Source of the DNA: Candidatus Latescibacterota bacterium
Lineage (GTDB): Bacteria; Latescibacterota; UBA2968; UBA8231
Direction: 5' to 3'
Length of the DNA: 20,000 nt
NCBI GenBank assembly: GCA_965219385.1
Contig: CBDCNM010000002.1
Span: 2,840,305-2,860,304, forward strand
A model generated the notes under the pieces. It had not been told where the DNA came from and did no database searches. It was given only the letters and a program-made list of their open reading frames with translations. Of the stretch, positions 17,926-20,000 are shown piece after piece. Positions within the stretch are counted from its first letter, which is position 1, and every line of letters starts with the position of its first letter. Both the position numbers and the translations under genes were made by a program.

Positions 17926-18357
17926 TTATTCGCTCAGTTCCATGAGCTCCAGCCAGTTGCCGTCCGGATCCTGGAGATAACAGGCGATCCGGCCCGGGGC
18001 AAGCTGGGCCGGCGGGTTCATGATCCAGGCCCCGCCTGCGGACATTTTCTCAAAGGCCGCCTCGATGTCTTCCACCTGGAGCGCCAGGTGCGCCGCTCCC
18101 ACCACATTGCGCTCTGCGGTCGGGCACTCGGCAGGAGGCGGATGTAGGTACTGGATAAGCTCCAGGATATGGCCTCCGCCCAGGTCCAGTATGGCGCACT
18201 TGAGGTGCACATCCTGGTACCCGACGACCCGGTCAATCCCCGGACCGATGCGCTCGTACTCGCTGATGGGCTCGAGGCCGACGATATCGCGGTAGAAGGC
18301 CACGGCCTTGTCGCGATCCCGGACCACGAATCCGGTGTGGTGTATTTTCTGTAGCAT
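17926..18357 (-). CDS. VOC/glyoxalase-family protein (143 aa)
   Basis: IHHTGFVVRD...AVAFYRDIVGL, LELIQY, HLALQVEDIEAA, YLQDPDGNWLELME. Confidence 0.93.
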   Translation of the reverse strand: MLQKIHHTGFVVRDRDKAVAFYRDIVGLEPISEYERIGPGIDRVVGYQDVHLKCAILDLGGGHILELIQYLHPPPAECPTAERNVVGAAHLALQVEDIEAAFEKMSAGGAWIMNPPAQLAPGRIACYLQDPDGNWLELMELSE

Positions 18358-18411
18358 TGTTTCTTCCTCGTACTGGGATGGAGCAGGTGAGGGTGAAAAG
18401 ACGGCGCGGAG

Positions 18412-19356
18412 CTACGAAAATTGATCGATGCTGGCCAGGGCGCGGGTTATGCGCCGGCGCAGCGCGACCACCGCGTCGTCGTCCCATTTGTAGAACCCCT
18501 GGCCCGACTTGACCCCCAGGTCGCCACGCTCTACCATGTGGCGCACCAGGTCCGGGGTCTGGCTGTCCTTCTCCAGGTCGGGGAAGAGCTGGTCGCAGAT
18601 GGCCGCGATGGTGTCCCACCCGGCGATATCGAAAACCTCCAGAGGACCTGCCACGGCCAGCCGTCTCCCGAAGCTGGTCTTGACCACCGCGTCCACGTCC
18701 TCCGGGGTTGCGATCCCCTGCGCTACGATGGACAGGGCCTCGCGCAGCAGGGCGAACTGCATCCGGTTGCCGATGAACCCCAGCGATTCCTTTTGGAGCA
18801 CCACGGGCTTCTTGCCCAGCCTGGAGAATAACCCGGTGATAAGCTCGACGGTTTCATCGCTGGTCCGCGGCCCGCGCACCACCTCGATGAGGGGCAGCAA
18901 ATAGGGCGGATTCCACCAGTTCGCCACCACCACCTTTTCCGGCCGCCTGGTCAACGGGGCCAGCTGGCTGGTCATGAAGGACGAGGTATTGCTGGTCAGG
19001 GTGGCGTGCTCTGGGGTACAGCGGTCCAGGTCGGCGAAAACCTCCTGCTTGAGGCCCAGGTCCTCGAACACCGCCTCCACCACAAAGTCCACCCCGGCAA
19101 AGGCGTCGGCGAGGGAGACGCTGGGGTGGATGCGGTCGGGTACCGGTCCTGCAATATGCGGCTCAACCAGCCCCTGTTCCACCAGCACCTCCAGGGTTTT
19201 GCGGACGTTGTCCATGGACGCCCGGAGCTTTTCGTCGGTGGTGTCGACCAGCGCGACGTCGTAGCCTGAGAGGGCGAATTGCAAGGCGATGCCGTGGCCC
19301 ATGAGGCCGGCGCCGACGATCCCGATGTGCTGCACCTCTTCAGGATTCATGTGCAC
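18412..19356 (-). CDS. 3-hydroxyacyl-CoA dehydrogenase family NAD-binding protein (start at GTG 19356 or ATG 19350)
   Basis: GIVGAGLMGHGIA Rossmann motif, VVEAVFEDLGLKQ, SNTSS, GFIGNRMQ, GPLEVFDIAG, GVKSGQGFY. Confidence 0.92.
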   Translation of the reverse strand: MHMNPEEVQHIGIVGAGLMGHGIALQFALSGYDVALVDTTDEKLRASMDNVRKTLEVLVEQGLVEPHIAGPVPDRIHPSVSLADAFAGVDFVVEAVFEDLGLKQEVFADLDRCTPEHATLTSNTSSFMTSQLAPLTRRPEKVVVANWWNPPYLLPLIEVVRGPRTSDETVELITGLFSRLGKKPVVLQKESLGFIGNRMQFALLREALSIVAQGIATPEDVDAVVKTSFGRRLAVAGPLEVFDIAGWDTIAAICDQLFPDLEKDSQTPDLVRHMVERGDLGVKSGQGFYKWDDDAVVALRRRITRALASIDQFS

Positions 19357-19513
19357 GCCATCCCGGCCGGGGTTTAGTTCCGGCCCGTGGTTCGAAGTTC
19401 GGCAAACCCGAATCGAGCCCAGATGAAAATCGACTCTAAGAAACTTTTTAAATTGTCCTTTCTCTCCACTCAGGTCAAGAAAAAACTCTTCAGGATTGAA
19501 AGGGAATCATCGG

Positions 19514-19539
19514 GCACCAGGAATTTTAAGACGGCTTCT
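19514..19539 (-). repeat. Right copy of 26-bp inverted repeat (IS/MITE terminal-inverted-repeat-like)
   Basis: GCACCAGGAATTTTAAGACGGCTTCT; its reverse complement matches 429-454 at 25/26 positions. Confidence 0.9.
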
Positions 19540-20000
19540 ATGACCACTCCCCCAGGTCATCCGCGGCCATTGTTCGCGCCGCTTTGAGCTCGTCCCAGGC
19601 CTCGGGCAACAACAACAGCTCTGCCAAACCGCTGGCGGAGGCCACCTCGAAACGGCCGATTTCCTCCTCTATCTCAGCGGCGATCAGGGCGCGGATCCGG
19701 GCAGACTCCAGCACCCTCTCCAGGTGCTCTCCGATTTGTTGCCGCACGGCCTGGAGCACCTGCGGCGCCAGGCAGCCATCGACAAAACACTCTTCCCGAA
19801 AACGACGCGCCACTTCGTCGTCCACTTCCAGCTCTTCCCGCCCCAGCCCCACGGCCAGGATCAACCGCCGCAACAGCGCCGCAAAGGTCCAGCCCTCGGG
19901 CTCGGTCTCCAGCAGCCGGCGCACCGGCTCTTTGGGCAGGGAGCGCAGGAATTTCATGCGACCCTCTGCTTCCTTGAAGGCAGCGTAATCCTGCTGCGGA
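19538..20000 (-). CDS. 3' end of a hypothetical, helix-rich protein entering from beyond the window
   Basis: The frame of ORF 19538-19957 stays open to the window edge (PQQDYAAFKEAEGR-MKFL...); its TAG stop (19540-19538) overlaps the outer end of the inverted repeat. Confidence 0.65.
   Translation of the reverse strand, partial: PQQDYAAFKEAEGRMKFLRSLPKEPVRRLLETEPEGWTFAALLRRLILAVGLGREELEVDDEVARRFREECFVDGCLAPQVLQAVRQQIGEHLERVLESARIRALIAAEIEEEIGRFEVASASGLAELLLLPEAWDELKAARTMAADDLGEWS

Larger units (their letters stand above)
429..19539. mobile_element. Possible non-autonomous IR-bounded cargo element, or two independent IS/MITE scars
   Basis: Inverted repeat pair at the ends; a truncated gene at the left junction; no transposase or integrase inside; no target-site duplication seen. 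Confidence 0.35.

Noticed and set aside
19437..19458. TAAGAAACTTTTTAAATTGTCC as a degenerate partner IR of a ~100-bp MITE
   Set aside because: Needs gaps and several mismatches in AT-rich sequence; cannot be supported without other genomic copies.
421..19547. Target-site duplication around the IR pair
   Set aside because: Flanks GAACATTA and ATGACCAC share no direct repeat for either plausible end position.
2..19988. Many long plus-strand and alternative-frame ORFs (e.g. 12899-14764, 10662-11657, 8678-9871, 4123-5094)
   Set aside because: They overlap well-supported minus-strand genes, lack recognisable motifs, and are expected shadow ORFs in high-GC DNA.
1..20000. CRISPR arrays, tRNA/rRNA, transposase/integrase, strong intrinsic terminators, precursor-peptide substrate gene
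   Set aside because: No spaced direct repeats, RNA gene signatures, recombinase motifs, hairpin + poly-T, or convincing leader-peptide ORF were seen.

Overview
GC-rich bacterial window in which every credible gene lies on the minus strand. The core (460-15837) is a tightly coupled 7-gene envelope transport operon: free ABC ATPase -> large ABC-2-type permease carrying an M1-aminopeptidase-like region without HExxH plus a C-terminal golvesin/xanthan-lyase-like beta domain -> TolC-family channel -> lipoprotein periplasmic adaptor -> RND permease -> 1560-aa RND permease fused to an ABC ATPase -> small ABC-2-type permease. The RND-ATPase fusion is the standout: the ATPase keeps all its motifs, but its first beta-strand is separated from the rest by a ~173-aa hydrophobic insert. 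Upstream are a 3-hydroxyacyl-CoA dehydrogenase-family gene (catalytic His replaced by Asn), a VOC/glyoxalase gene, a short ORF and a glycoside-hydrolase-like TIM-barrel gene. A 26-bp inverted repeat pair (429-454 / 19514-19539, 25/26 identical) resembling IS/MITE ends brackets ~19.1 kb with no transposase inside. The left copy abuts a 5'-truncated, frameshifted voltage-gated cation channel pseudogene, and the right copy overlaps the stop codon of a gene entering from the right edge. All family assignments come from reading motifs by eye; no database search was run.
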